This document shows, piece by piece, positions 34,344 through 43,418 of a stretch of 64,000 nucleotides of DNA. A program made the position numbers and the translations under genes. Position 1 is the stretch's first letter. Each line of letters begins with the position of its first letter. The notes beneath the pieces are model-generated. The model searched no databases. It saw nothing but the letters and a program-made list of their open reading frames with translations, and was not told where the DNA came from. Source of the DNA: Candidatus Woesearchaeota archaeon (GTDB lineage Archaea > Nanobdellota > Nanobdellia > Woesearchaeales > UBA11576); contig JBDRET010000030.1 of assembly GCA_043819495.1 (NCBI GenBank), positions 133,463 through 197,462 of the forward strand, in the 5' to 3' direction.

Positions 34344-35482
34344 CCTGTAAGTCTCCTATACGTCTTATCTATCCCGCTCTTCTTTACAGAATGAATTATC
34401 CTTGTTGAGAGCGTGCCTTTCTTTATGATCTGGCGGAGGGTGTCCCTGTGCTTTGAAGCAGGCAATGATCTTGCTATCTCACTCCATAACTCTCCTGCAG
34501 TGTCTGCTTTCTTTCCCAGTGCATTTGCATATTCTTTGGATACTGGTGCAGTCTCTCCTTTCCGTATGCAGTCAAGGAAGACTTTCCTCAATCTTGGTGT
34601 GCGTATATCTATCTTACTGTCGATGATCTGTTTCAGTGTCTCTGTGACTGCCCATACTATTGCAAGGTCCGCTTTTGGGCATTCCTGGACGTCGAGCACC
34701 CGTATCTCTATCGCTCCCCTGTCAAATCTTGCTATCGCTCCTCTTGCATTGAGCCATTCGTATTGCAGGACTTTCTTTGGGTCGTGCGGTGCGATGTCCC
34801 TATACATCTTCTGGAGTATGTTCTTGTGGTATTCATCCACGCTCCTGACCTGCTCGGGTATCACCCCTCCTGTGATGCTAGGTATCATCTTTGAGTTGTC
34901 CCGGTAGTATCTCATCCTGTTGTCGTGCAGTCCTGTATGTAATCCTTCGACTATAGGAGAGCTTGCAGCTATTGCAGGGAGTATAGGTAGTATCAATCTT
35001 ATCGCGTCGTGCAGCTTGACGAACTCTTCATTGTTCCCGAATGGCAGGTTGATGTGCGTGCTCTGGAGATTTGACCATCCGTGACCTTTGCATGAGAATA
35101 TCCTGTCGTACGTCTTGTATATCTTTGTGTACTCGTGTTTCCATATCTTTGTCTCTTTGTCAGGATCCATGAATGGATGCATAGCGGTCGGCATGAGCGT
35201 CGCGTTCTCTTTTGAGAGCATCATGTTTATCTTCTTGATGTTCTGCTGGAATCTGTTATCGACACCATCAAGCATCTTCACCGGTCCGTTTGTCTTAAGC
35301 TCTATGAGGTGCTGTACAAGTTCATTAGACCATGCGATTTTGCCCTGCTCTATCTCAGTAGTCACTTTCCCATCTTTCTGTAGAAGCAGATGTGCTATAG
35401 GCCGTACCTGTAGAGTATCCTTATCGACTATCATGTACTCGAGCTCTACGCCGTATGCCTGGAAAAGGTGTAGTGGGTTCAT
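34316..35482 (-). CDS. GCS2/YbdK-type carboxylate-amine ligase
   Basis: N-terminal YGVELEYMIVDKDTLQVRP and LQSTHINLPFG resemble the GCS2 family. ATGA overlap with the ATP-grasp gene. Confidence 0.7.
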   Translation of the reverse strand: MNPLHLFQAYGVELEYMIVDKDTLQVRPIAHLLLQKDGKVTTEIEQGKIAWSNELVQHLIELKTNGPVKMLDGVDNRFQQNIKKINMMLSKENATLMPTAMHPFMDPDKETKIWKHEYTKIYKTYDRIFSCKGHGWSNLQSTHINLPFGNNEEFVKLHDAIRLILPILPAIAASSPIVEGLHTGLHDNRMRYYRDNSKMIPSITGGVIPEQVRSVDEYHKNILQKMYRDIAPHDPKKVLQYEWLNARGAIARFDRGAIEIRVLDVQECPKADLAIVWAVTETLKQIIDSKIDIRTPRLRKVFLDCIRKGETAPVSKEYANALGKKADTAGELWSEIARSLPASKHRDTLRQIIKKGTLSTRIIHSVKKSGIDKTYRRLTGCLAEGNIF

Positions 35483-36942
35483 TTTCTGTTCTTTTCCTTC
35501 TGCTCGTCTATCTTCCGTTGGAAGTAGCGCATTATCTTGAGATATAGTGTGTCCTTCAGGAACTTATCTTCATATCCTGCCTCTATGTTGGGGTTGTCAT
35601 TTACCTCTATCACGTATATTTTGCCATCTTTCTCTTTGATGTCTACTCCGTAGAATCCATCACCTATCGCGTTTGCTATCTTGATTGCAGTATTGACGAC
35701 TTTGGTAGGGACTTCTGCAACATCAAATGCCTCGACTTTTCCGTACTCTGTCTTGCCAGGTTCATTGCGCTGTATCTGCCAGTGTTTCTTTGCCATGTGG
35801 TATTTGCAGACTGTCAGCGGTTGCTTGTCAAGGACTACTACCCTCCAGTCAAATTCTGTGGGCAGGAATTCCTGTGCGATGATCAGATCTGACTGCTTGA
35901 GCAGTAGGTCGAGATACTCATTGAGCTTTTCCTCTGTCTCTGCCTTGAACACGCCAAGCGAGAATGCGCTGTCAGGCTGTTTGAGCACGCACGGCAGGCC
36001 TATCTTTGAGACCACTTCTGCCCTGTTGGCCTTATGGACTATGAGGGTGTTAGGGTGTGGGATGTTGTATCTCCTAAGAAGCTCTGCGAGGAATACCTTG
36101 TTTGCGCATTTCTCTATTGAGTCAGGATGGTCTATGACTATCAGTCCTTCTGCCATTGCCTTTCGCGCGAACCTGTATGTGTGGTGGTTGACTGATGTTG
36201 TCTCTCTGATGAATAGTGCGTCGTATTGCGCGATGTCTGCGTAGTCTTCCTTGTGTATCACGTATGAATTAATCCCTATCTTGTGTCCTGCATCGATGAA
36301 TTTCTGTATCGCCTTTTCGTCGGATGGGGGATTTTCCTCCTGTGGGTTGAACAGGATCGCAAGGTCATACTGTGCATGTTCTCTTGTATGTGTTACGAAC
36401 CTTTTGCTAGAGAAATATTGTTTGGCGGTCTTGAGCACGAAATCAAGGTGTGCTTCTGGTATCTCGTTTGCAGATATTGCCCTTACGCTCTGGAGGAACC
36501 ACTTGTCGCGCTTCTTGAATTCTGCCTTTAGGAATGGTGACTGGAAGCTGTTGTATATCTGTCTAGATAGATGGTCGTATTTTGTCGCGAGGTTCTTTCC
36601 AAAATATATGCTGAGTGTGAACCTGTCGGATTCTATCCTTGCCAGTGCTTTTTGCATCGTCTCTTCCATCTCTTCGCTGACTATCTTCACTATCGATACG
36701 TTCTTGAGTTCCTGGATCGTAGCGATGCTGGGTATCGGTTTGTGGCCTCTTGCCGCTGCGATGAGTGATACGTAGTATCCATACGTCTGGTAGCTGTAAG
36801 ACCTGCATATGTTGAATACCCTTGCCTTGTACATATGGTCATATTTCTGGTCTAGCAGGTAGTCCTTGGCTCCGACCAGCTTGACTCCTTTGAGCTGGAG
36901 CGGCCAGTTCTTAGGTTTATCAGTTATTATGAGCGTCTGCAT
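35479..36942 (-). CDS. RimK-type ATP-grasp ligase with N-terminal RLAN-like domain
   Basis: C-terminal half: LPCVLKQPDSAFSLGVFKA..., IIAQEFLPTEFDWRVVVL..., FYGVDIKEKDGKIYVIEVNDNPNIE (ATP-grasp). A roughly 200-aa N-terminal domain of the kind fused to RimK-like enzymes. Confidence 0.8.
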   Translation of the reverse strand: MQTLIITDKPKNWPLQLKGVKLVGAKDYLLDQKYDHMYKARVFNICRSYSYQTYGYYVSLIAAARGHKPIPSIATIQELKNVSIVKIVSEEMEETMQKALARIESDRFTLSIYFGKNLATKYDHLSRQIYNSFQSPFLKAEFKKRDKWFLQSVRAISANEIPEAHLDFVLKTAKQYFSSKRFVTHTREHAQYDLAILFNPQEENPPSDEKAIQKFIDAGHKIGINSYVIHKEDYADIAQYDALFIRETTSVNHHTYRFARKAMAEGLIVIDHPDSIEKCANKVFLAELLRRYNIPHPNTLIVHKANRAEVVSKIGLPCVLKQPDSAFSLGVFKAETEEKLNEYLDLLLKQSDLIIAQEFLPTEFDWRVVVLDKQPLTVCKYHMAKKHWQIQRNEPGKTEYGKVEAFDVAEVPTKVVNTAIKIANAIGDGFYGVDIKEKDGKIYVIEVNDNPNIEAGYEDKFLKDTLYLKIMRYFQRKIDEQKEKNRK

Positions 36943-36990
36943 CTTATCGCCTCTTTAGATTGTTATTGGATATTTATCTTGAGCATCATT

Positions 36991-37719
36991 TCATTTTTCG
37001 ATTATGAGCAGGTTTGCATCGTAAGATAGCACACCTAATAGTATTGCGCAGACCAGGCGTGAGAGATTCACCTGGTAGTGTCTATGTCTCAGCATCTCTT
37101 TTGGAGAATATGGATCTGCGACACTGACTTGCTTTGTTTCCTTATTATAATGATATAGTACTACAAAGTGGCCTGCTGATTTTCCTCTTATATCATCGGA
37201 TTTATCATTGTGCTCTCTCTTGCTCCTGTAGAGGTATGTGGAGCTCAGGCCGGTGATTATTGGGATGTTGCTCTTCAGATATCTCTGCAGCAGGCCTGAT
37301 GTGAGGTCTTCGAAAAATATCTTGCCTCCTTTCTTGAGGAAATTTATGTATGCTTCTGTCACAATCTTCAACCGGGGGGATCTCTTGACTTTTGTCTGTT
37401 GCTGGAGTTTGCTTATTAGGTATTGAGGGTCATCATGATATGGTGGATCGAACCAGGATGGATCAAATACTCTCATGTTGAATGTATACATCTTCACAGA
37501 GTATCCTTTATTGAGAGCATGAGTTCCTAAGATGGGTGCAAATGTTCCTCCGCCAGGTATCTGTCCGACCTGGCTGATCACATCATCGATGCTTATCTCC
37601 TCTCCGTAGTGTCGGTATACGGAATGTAGCGCTGTTGGTCCACAAGTGCTGTTATCAGGCTGTTCTTTTATGGAGTAACTAGCAGTTTTATTTTCTTTAG
37701 CGTCTTTCTTTTGTTTCAT
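36991..37719 (-). CDS. Papain-fold (C39-like) cysteine peptidase domain protein
   Basis: QPDNSTCGPTALHSVYRHYG (nucleophile Cys context) and KSAGHFVVLYHY (His context), as in C39-type peptidases. First gene of the cluster. Confidence 0.65.
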   Translation of the reverse strand: MKQKKDAKENKTASYSIKEQPDNSTCGPTALHSVYRHYGEEISIDDVISQVGQIPGGGTFAPILGTHALNKGYSVKMYTFNMRVFDPSWFDPPYHDDPQYLISKLQQQTKVKRSPRLKIVTEAYINFLKKGGKIFFEDLTSGLLQRYLKSNIPIITGLSSTYLYRSKREHNDKSDDIRGKSAGHFVVLYHYNKETKQVSVADPYSPKEMLRHRHYQVNLSRLVCAILLGVLSYDANLLIIEK

Positions 37720-37856
37720 ATGATTATCTCTGGTTGTTGCGTATCTAAATATTATCAGCGCTTGTGTGCCTCAGATCATTCAGCAGGATGGACTGTATGA
37801 TTGTGAAGAAGTGGTGTATTCTGGAGGCTCCTGGATGGTCTGGAATCATGTTCTTT

Positions 37857-38678
37857 TCAGATATAATCCGCACCGACGATATTCAGGATGTCTGCAATAT
37901 CTTTCTCTATCTTGATGATATTTACTGTCTTGATATCCCTTTTGTTCTCCAGTGTGATCCTTATTGTCTTTTTCATATCCAGTCGGGGGATATCCCTGTC
38001 GATATGCATGATGATCTTCATGATCTCCCCTTCAGGCAGGTTGCGGCAGCCTTCCATCTGTATGTCATCTGTGCTGTCACATAATGACGTGTCGCTGATT
38101 ATTGCAGCATCTCTTTCGTCCATCAATCTGAACTGGAACTTGGAGTTGATGTATGCATATTTTTTGTTCTTGACTTCCAGATGGACTTCTTTGAGGTATG
38201 CTATCTTTTCGGAAGTTTTTAGGTCTTTTGACTTCGTCTCAACTACTTCTATTACCATGCCTGTGACTTTCATGCTCATGAATTCAGTCTCAGCTTCCCA
38301 GCCTGTGATCTCAGGTCTGACTGCAGCATATGGAGATGCTGCTGGGCTGTATTCTACTTTAGGTGTAGTTGCTTTTTCTACAGGAGGTTTGGGAGCCTGA
38401 ACTTCAGGTTCTTTGAGTGCATCAACATGATCGATATCTGATAAGTCATTGTAATCTACATCATCATATGGGATTTCTGAAGGGATATAATTCGGCTCGA
38501 ACAGTATGTCTTCTTCATCATCACATACTGAATTGCTGTTCTGGTCCATACAGCAGCCTGTCTTGTATGTCATGTACGGTGGATTACAGACTGCTTCAGG
38601 AGTGTTCTGAGAACAGCCTATAAGAAGTAATGATATCACTGACAGCAATACAGATATCAATACAACACTCTTTTTCAT
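37857..38678 (-). CDS. Secreted lipoprotein, function unknown
   Basis: Start moved to MKKSVVLISVLLSVISLLLIGC (lipobox LIGC). Acidic linker and a beta-rich C-terminal domain. Confidence 0.7.
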   Translation of the reverse strand: MKKSVVLISVLLSVISLLLIGCSQNTPEAVCNPPYMTYKTGCCMDQNSNSVCDDEEDILFEPNYIPSEIPYDDVDYNDLSDIDHVDALKEPEVQAPKPPVEKATTPKVEYSPAASPYAAVRPEITGWEAETEFMSMKVTGMVIEVVETKSKDLKTSEKIAYLKEVHLEVKNKKYAYINSKFQFRLMDERDAAIISDTSLCDSTDDIQMEGCRNLPEGEIMKIIMHIDRDIPRLDMKKTIRITLENKRDIKTVNIIKIEKDIADILNIVGADYI

Positions 38679-38769
38679 AGATGGTACTATGATGTGAGGT
38701 ATATAAAAAGGTTTCTGCAAAGGAGGTTATGAGAATTGCTATCTGATTCAGTTGTGTTGATATGTTAAT

Positions 38770-39375
38770 TCAATCTGTGGAATTGTCTTTCTTGCTATGC
38801 TCATCCATATCTGCCTCAAGCTGCGGAGGCAGTGCTGTCTGTATCGAGTAGTCAGATATCAGCGTCTCATCCACGGGCGCACATCCATCTTCTGGTTCCC
38901 AGTAATCGTCGAGTGTAATGCCTAAGTGTTCTGCTATGCTTCTCTCTGAAGTGTAGTCTGAAGGGTCTTCATTGTTCTTCACTGCGACATATACATCTTC
39001 AGGTATGTCCTGTGAACATCCATCACCATACTCGTGGGAGCTGAACAGGACCCGCTGTGCATACCTATTTTTAGCCACTGAATCCTTGTATGTCTGCATA
39101 TCTGCGAAAGCAGTGGCTACAACTGTGGATATGTCAGGGTCTTCGATATCATCGAAAGATTCCTCATCATATCCCCGCACTATTTCAAGAAATCTTTTAC
39201 CGTCAAGATCATCAATATGGAAATCTGTGATTATGGCGTGGTACTCGTTCTCAGAGAAATATTCTAACGCATCTTCCAGGGTTGATGCATAGTCAATCCT
39301 GGCTCCGCCTTCGCGCAGAGTCTCAACTAGCTTGCTTATTGTCCATTCTTGATCATCTAGGATAAGTACATCCAT
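38770..39375 (-). CDS. Orphan receiver-domain protein with acidic C-terminal extension
   Basis: MDVLILDDQ..., HAIITDFHIDDLDGKRFLEIV (acceptor Asp context), RVLFSS and VYVAVK. No output domain recognised. Confidence 0.7.
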   Translation of the reverse strand: MDVLILDDQEWTISKLVETLREGGARIDYASTLEDALEYFSENEYHAIITDFHIDDLDGKRFLEIVRGYDEESFDDIEDPDISTVVATAFADMQTYKDSVAKNRYAQRVLFSSHEYGDGCSQDIPEDVYVAVKNNEDPSDYTSERSIAEHLGITLDDYWEPEDGCAPVDETLISDYSIQTALPPQLEADMDEHSKKDNSTD

Positions 39376-39466
39376 TTTCGCCCCAACATACAAAAGTGGT
39401 CATTATCCGGTTTATATATCTTACGCCAAAAAATACTATATTTTTGTCACTACACAGGGACAAAAA

Positions 39467-39482
39467 AACGAAAGGTTTATAT
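39467..39482 (+). promoter_or_regulatory. BRE/TATA promoter box
   Basis: ACGAAA-GG-TTTATATA. SD GAGGTG at 39535-39540. Confidence 0.55.
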
Positions 39483-39546
39483 ACTATTGCCGAAACAGTT
39501 AATAATGGGCACTAAATCTGCAGCTCTGTGTTGAGAGGTGTATGGG

Positions 39547-40182
39547 ATGCTTGAAGAAAAGGTACTTATAATAGATGATGAGCCTGCTAATGTGGGGGCT
39601 CTCAGGGACTATTTTGACCGCTGTAACGTGAGGTATGATTTCAGCGAGACATTGGTAGGTGCAGCGAACTACATCAGGGAAGCCCAGGAATCTGGTGTGC
39701 CATATTCTTTAGTCATAAGCGATAATCACTTCAAGGAAGAGGTTGAGAGCTGTGTGAACTTCAATGGGATTGACCTTGTCAAGATATTGATGGGTGTTCC
39801 TTTGGATGAGGACCAGCAGAGATTTGTTGACGCTAATTTCGGCAGGGATATTTATGCAATAATCGCGGATCATTATAGTGATAGGGTAATCATGTTCTCA
39901 GGCAGTGCGCATTCAGAACCAGAAGTAGAAGGGATACCTGTAGCGCAGAAGTTCCCTGATGATGATGGTGTGTGCTGTGAAGAGGGTGTTGTGAGTCTGA
40001 TGGAAGATAGAGGATTCACATTCACAGAATCTGCTTCTTCGATGAATGATTACAAGAAGAAAAATCAGTTGAGTTTCGGCGGCGTTGGTGACGCGGATCA
40101 TGATGTGTGTCATGAGGCTGCAGTGCGCGCATTCCTCGAGGCAAATCTTCCTCCTGGAGAGGTCGACCAGTACTTCAATTGA
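39547..40182 (+). CDS. Orphan receiver-domain protein, paralog-like of 38770-39375
   Basis: MLEEKVLIIDDE..., YSLVISDNHF, RVIMFSGS and IPVAQKF. ATG 39547 lies 6 nt after GAGGTG. Confidence 0.7.
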   Translation: MLEEKVLIIDDEPANVGALRDYFDRCNVRYDFSETLVGAANYIREAQESGVPYSLVISDNHFKEEVESCVNFNGIDLVKILMGVPLDEDQQRFVDANFGRDIYAIIADHYSDRVIMFSGSAHSEPEVEGIPVAQKFPDDDGVCCEEGVVSLMEDRGFTFTESASSMNDYKKKNQLSFGGVGDADHDVCHEAAVRAFLEANLPPGEVDQYFN

Positions 40183-40467
40183 TTTTTTATTGTGTTTGTT
40201 TAGCAATTTCTGGCAGCACTACCACCACTCTATGCGCGTCCTTAAGATAACACGTGCGAGGGTGGCTGCAAGTATTATCACGGATTATATTATTGCGCAA
40301 GCAAGGTATGTGTTGACATCAGTTAGCATGCCGAATGATATGTGGCTGCGTGGTAGTGCTGCAATGATTAATTCATAGTTTATTTCTGTCCAGAATCAGA
40401 TAAAAATGTTGCCCGCTGACAGGTGAGGTTAGACCTTACCTGCCAGCGAGCGTGTTCTACAGCTAGT

Positions 40468-40680
40468 TCAGGTAAGCGGGCAAAATGTGAGTTCGTCTTC
40501 AGTCACTTTCTCTACGATCTTCTCTGCCTTTTCAATATCGATCGTCTCAGGGTATTGTTTTATCCTGTCAAAATAATGCAATTTAGTATGTTCAGGGAAT
40601 ACCAGCATCACTTTCTTTACTCCCATCCTCTTGAAAAGCTCAAGTTTCTCTTTGTTTTTTTTTAAAAGGATCTGATCCAT
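40468..40680 (-). CDS. Hypothetical 70-aa protein
   Basis: ATTTAAAT TATA-like box about 26 nt upstream on the minus strand. Its 3' end overlaps an inverted repeat (see findings). Confidence 0.45.
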   Translation of the reverse strand: MDQILLKKNKEKLELFKRMGVKKVMLVFPEHTKLHYFDRIKQYPETIDIEKAEKIVEKVTEDELTFCPLT

Positions 40681-40888
40681 TCTCTCTGCAGTGTTGATAA
40701 AGGGGTCATTTAAATTATTTACTATTTTTGAATATTATTTTATTTTTTGTATTTTATTAAACTCGAATGGTAAAATATTTAAACATAACTAAGTTTTTCA
40801 TTATAATGTGTGATTTTTTATTACTGACTAAAGTTTGATTGGTACTTTTTTAGTACATGATGATGCAGGGCATAACTGTGAGAAAGGA

Positions 40889-42910
40889 ATGATGGGAAAA
40901 ACAGGAACCAAAAGAAAGACTGTAAGAACAGGCACGGATGGAGTTATAAAGGGCAATTATGAATCTTCTCAGGGTTTAAGTGACGAGCTGTTCAGGACTT
41001 TATTTGAATGTTCGAATGAGGGGGTAATTGCTGCAGATGCAAAGACAAAGAAATTTCTTTTTGTAAATCAGAATGTCTGTAAGATGTTAGGCTATTCGAT
41101 GAAGGAACTATTAGGACTAACAGTCCTTGATATCCATCCGAAGAAAGATCTTCCGATGGTCCTCAAGGCTTTCAAGAATCAATTCGAAAAGAAAGCCTGT
41201 GTTGCTCCAGATATGCCTATCTTGAGGAAGGATAAGAGTGTATTTTACTGTGACATAGCAGCATACCCGGTAAAATTGTATGGTATGGACCTGTTGATGG
41301 GTTTATTCAGGGATGTGACAGAGAAGAAAAAGGCAGAAGACGATCTGAAGAAGAGTGAGGCGAAGTATCGGGCTCTGTATGATTCTGCAAGTGATGCGAT
41401 ACTCACTCTGAAGATAGTTCCTGGTAAGATCCCTTTGATCAGTGATTGCAATCATCAGACCGAAGTGATGTTAGGTGGGTCAAGGGAACATATCATGGGG
41501 ATGGATCTGAAAGACATATTGCCACATAAGCAGCCCAATGGGCTGATATCATCTGAGCACGTTGCAGAGACGGTCAAAAAGGTATTGGGAGGTAAGTCAT
41601 TGTCATTTGAGATAGTGCATCGCCGTCTTGATGGGACTCAGTTCTTTGCTGAACTCAGGGTCAACAGGATCGACGTGGGCGGTGAGACATTCATGCAGGC
41701 GATAGTCCGTGACATATCTGAGCGCAAGAGATATGAGGCTGCGCTTGAGAACTCGAATGTTCTGATTGAAGCTGAAGTCGATCGGAAGACTGAGGAGATT
41801 AAACAGCTGAACACCCAGCTTAAAGAATATGCTGATAAGCTTAACATGAAGATCAAGCGTATCGACGAGACACGGATACCATTGACTGATAAGGAGAAGA
41901 GGGCCTTTTTTGGTCTTGTCAGGTATCCTGACCTCACGAGCAAGGAGGTCGCTGAGAAGATGGGGATGAACATCGCTACAGTGAACTCGATAAAGAACAG
42001 GCTCAAGGCAGAAGGTTACTTCCAGACGATGTATATTCCGCGTCTGGACCTGATCGGGTGCACTCTCCTAAGTGTGGGGCGCGCAACGGTTTCTCTGGAT
42101 AAGGACAGGGTCCGACAGTTGAGAGCAAAGGGGTCATTGCTGGATAAGCTGATGTCCAATCCTGAAAAGATATCCATATTATTCACGGATAAGGAATTTT
42201 TCTCTCTCATGTTCTCAAAGGACTGGTCAGTATACAAACAGGTCAGTGATGATTTTGATTCGGAATACCTGAAAGAAGGTGTTGTTCGTAATCAGGATAA
42301 TGTCACACATTTCTCTACGGATCGGTCAGTGTTCTATAACTATTTCAATTTCGCGAGCATAATAAACAGGCAATTCGATCTTGGCATGGAGGATTCGATC
42401 TGCGATGAGGCGGATTATGCGCAATATGTTCTTACAAAAAATGAACAACTCATGGCATATGGTCTTGTCAGGTATCCTGAGAGTACTGTGCTTGAACTTT
42501 CCAAGATAGTGGGGATGTCTGTCCCGACAGTATGTAAGCTGCGTAAATCATTGCTTGATAGGGGGATATTGAAGATAGCCAACTGGCCTGATATGAAGAA
42601 GATAGGTATTGAGCTCATCGGAGTCATGGTATCTAATGCCATGCGGGGTTCAGACCATCTGGCGCACAAGAGACCTGGATGCCAGATACCCAGATTCTTT
42701 GAGGTGTCTTCAATGACTGATTCATTGATACTTTCTGCACATCGTAACTATGCAGAGGTCAAGAAATGTTTTGATGTCTGCTCTGAATGTTTCGGCGTAT
42801 CTAAAGATGACATCTCTACTACTGTGATATCTATGGAGGATGTGATGTTCATCAAGCGTGAATTCGCACCTCTGGTCAAGAAGCTGTTTCAGCTGGAAGT
42901 GGATTTCTGA
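40889..42910 (+). CDS. PAS-PAS sensor fused to two winged-HTH-containing modules (transcription regulator)
   Basis: PAS 1: LFRTLFECSNEGVIAADAKTKKFLFVNQNVCKMLGYSMKELLG. PAS 2: YRALYDSASDAILTLK.... Duplicated module LTDKEKRAFFGLVRYPDLTSKEVAEKMGMNIATVNSIKNRLKAEGY / LTKNEQLMAYGLVRYPESTVLELSKIVGMSVPTVCKLRKSLLDRGI. Start set at the first in-frame ATG (the track uses TTG 40835). Confidence 0.8.
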   Translation: MMGKTGTKRKTVRTGTDGVIKGNYESSQGLSDELFRTLFECSNEGVIAADAKTKKFLFVNQNVCKMLGYSMKELLGLTVLDIHPKKDLPMVLKAFKNQFEKKACVAPDMPILRKDKSVFYCDIAAYPVKLYGMDLLMGLFRDVTEKKKAEDDLKKSEAKYRALYDSASDAILTLKIVPGKIPLISDCNHQTEVMLGGSREHIMGMDLKDILPHKQPNGLISSEHVAETVKKVLGGKSLSFEIVHRRLDGTQFFAELRVNRIDVGGETFMQAIVRDISERKRYEAALENSNVLIEAEVDRKTEEIKQLNTQLKEYADKLNMKIKRIDETRIPLTDKEKRAFFGLVRYPDLTSKEVAEKMGMNIATVNSIKNRLKAEGYFQTMYIPRLDLIGCTLLSVGRATVSLDKDRVRQLRAKGSLLDKLMSNPEKISILFTDKEFFSLMFSKDWSVYKQVSDDFDSEYLKEGVVRNQDNVTHFSTDRSVFYNYFNFASIINRQFDLGMEDSICDEADYAQYVLTKNEQLMAYGLVRYPESTVLELSKIVGMSVPTVCKLRKSLLDRGILKIANWPDMKKIGIELIGVMVSNAMRGSDHLAHKRPGCQIPRFFEVSSMTDSLILSAHRNYAEVKKCFDVCSECFGVSKDDISTTVISMEDVMFIKREFAPLVKKLFQLEVDF

Positions 42911-43354
42911 TTGGCGCGGCCTGATGTGACTATTGATGATGATGTGACGCGGATTCTCGGATCTGCAAGATATGATATAGGTAAGTTCTGCATCGAGGAG
43001 TGCAATGCATATTGCTGCAGGAAAGGTTATCTTGTCCTCACGCCAGGACAGGTCAAGCTCACGATGCAGGGAAACCTTGCTGAGTTTATGGATAAGGGGT
43101 TGCTGAAGCGCATGTCCGACGGGAAGCTCTCTCTGTACATGGGTGATAAGGATCACCCTTGCCCGAGCCTTAAGGATAATATGTGTTTGATACATAAGGA
43201 TCCTGGAAGGTCAGATACCTGTAAGATGTTCCCGATAAACATACAGGGAAATAAGATACTTGTATCGAAGCGTTGTCTTGCAGCAAACGCAAACAGGTTA
43301 TATCCATACATAGCACTTCTTGTGAAGAAGGGGTTTGTTTTGCCGAAAGAGTGA
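42911..43354 (+). CDS. YkgJ/UPF0153-type Cys-cluster (Fe-S/Zn) protein
   Basis: CIEECNAYCC and HPCPSLKDNMCLIH...RSDTCKMFP match the family's two Cys clusters. Start uncertain (TTG 42911 or GTG 42926). Confidence 0.65.
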   Translation: MARPDVTIDDDVTRILGSARYDIGKFCIEECNAYCCRKGYLVLTPGQVKLTMQGNLAEFMDKGLLKRMSDGKLSLYMGDKDHPCPSLKDNMCLIHKDPGRSDTCKMFPINIQGNKILVSKRCLAANANRLYPYIALLVKKGFVLPKE

Positions 43355-43418
43355 ATCGGCGAAGTTATAGTAAGATGATTTTATAGTAAGATGATTTATG
43401 GTAAGAGCTATCGAAATA

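Noticed and set aside
35681-36775. Two + strand ORFs (187 and 174 aa)
   Set aside because: Both are antisense to the ATP-grasp ligase gene, which has clear family motifs. Their sequences are Ser/Leu/Cys-rich, as is typical of antisense frames.
40411-40482. A third tRNA (7-bp acceptor-like stem GCCCGCT/AGCGGGC, about 72 nt)
   Set aside because: It has no T-arm (no GTTCRANNC loop with a 5-bp stem before the 3' acceptor strand) and no D-arm or anticodon arm geometry on either strand.
42722-43195. 157-aa minus-strand ORF
   Set aside because: It lies antisense to the end of the PAS regulator and to the YkgJ-type gene, both of which have recognisable motifs.
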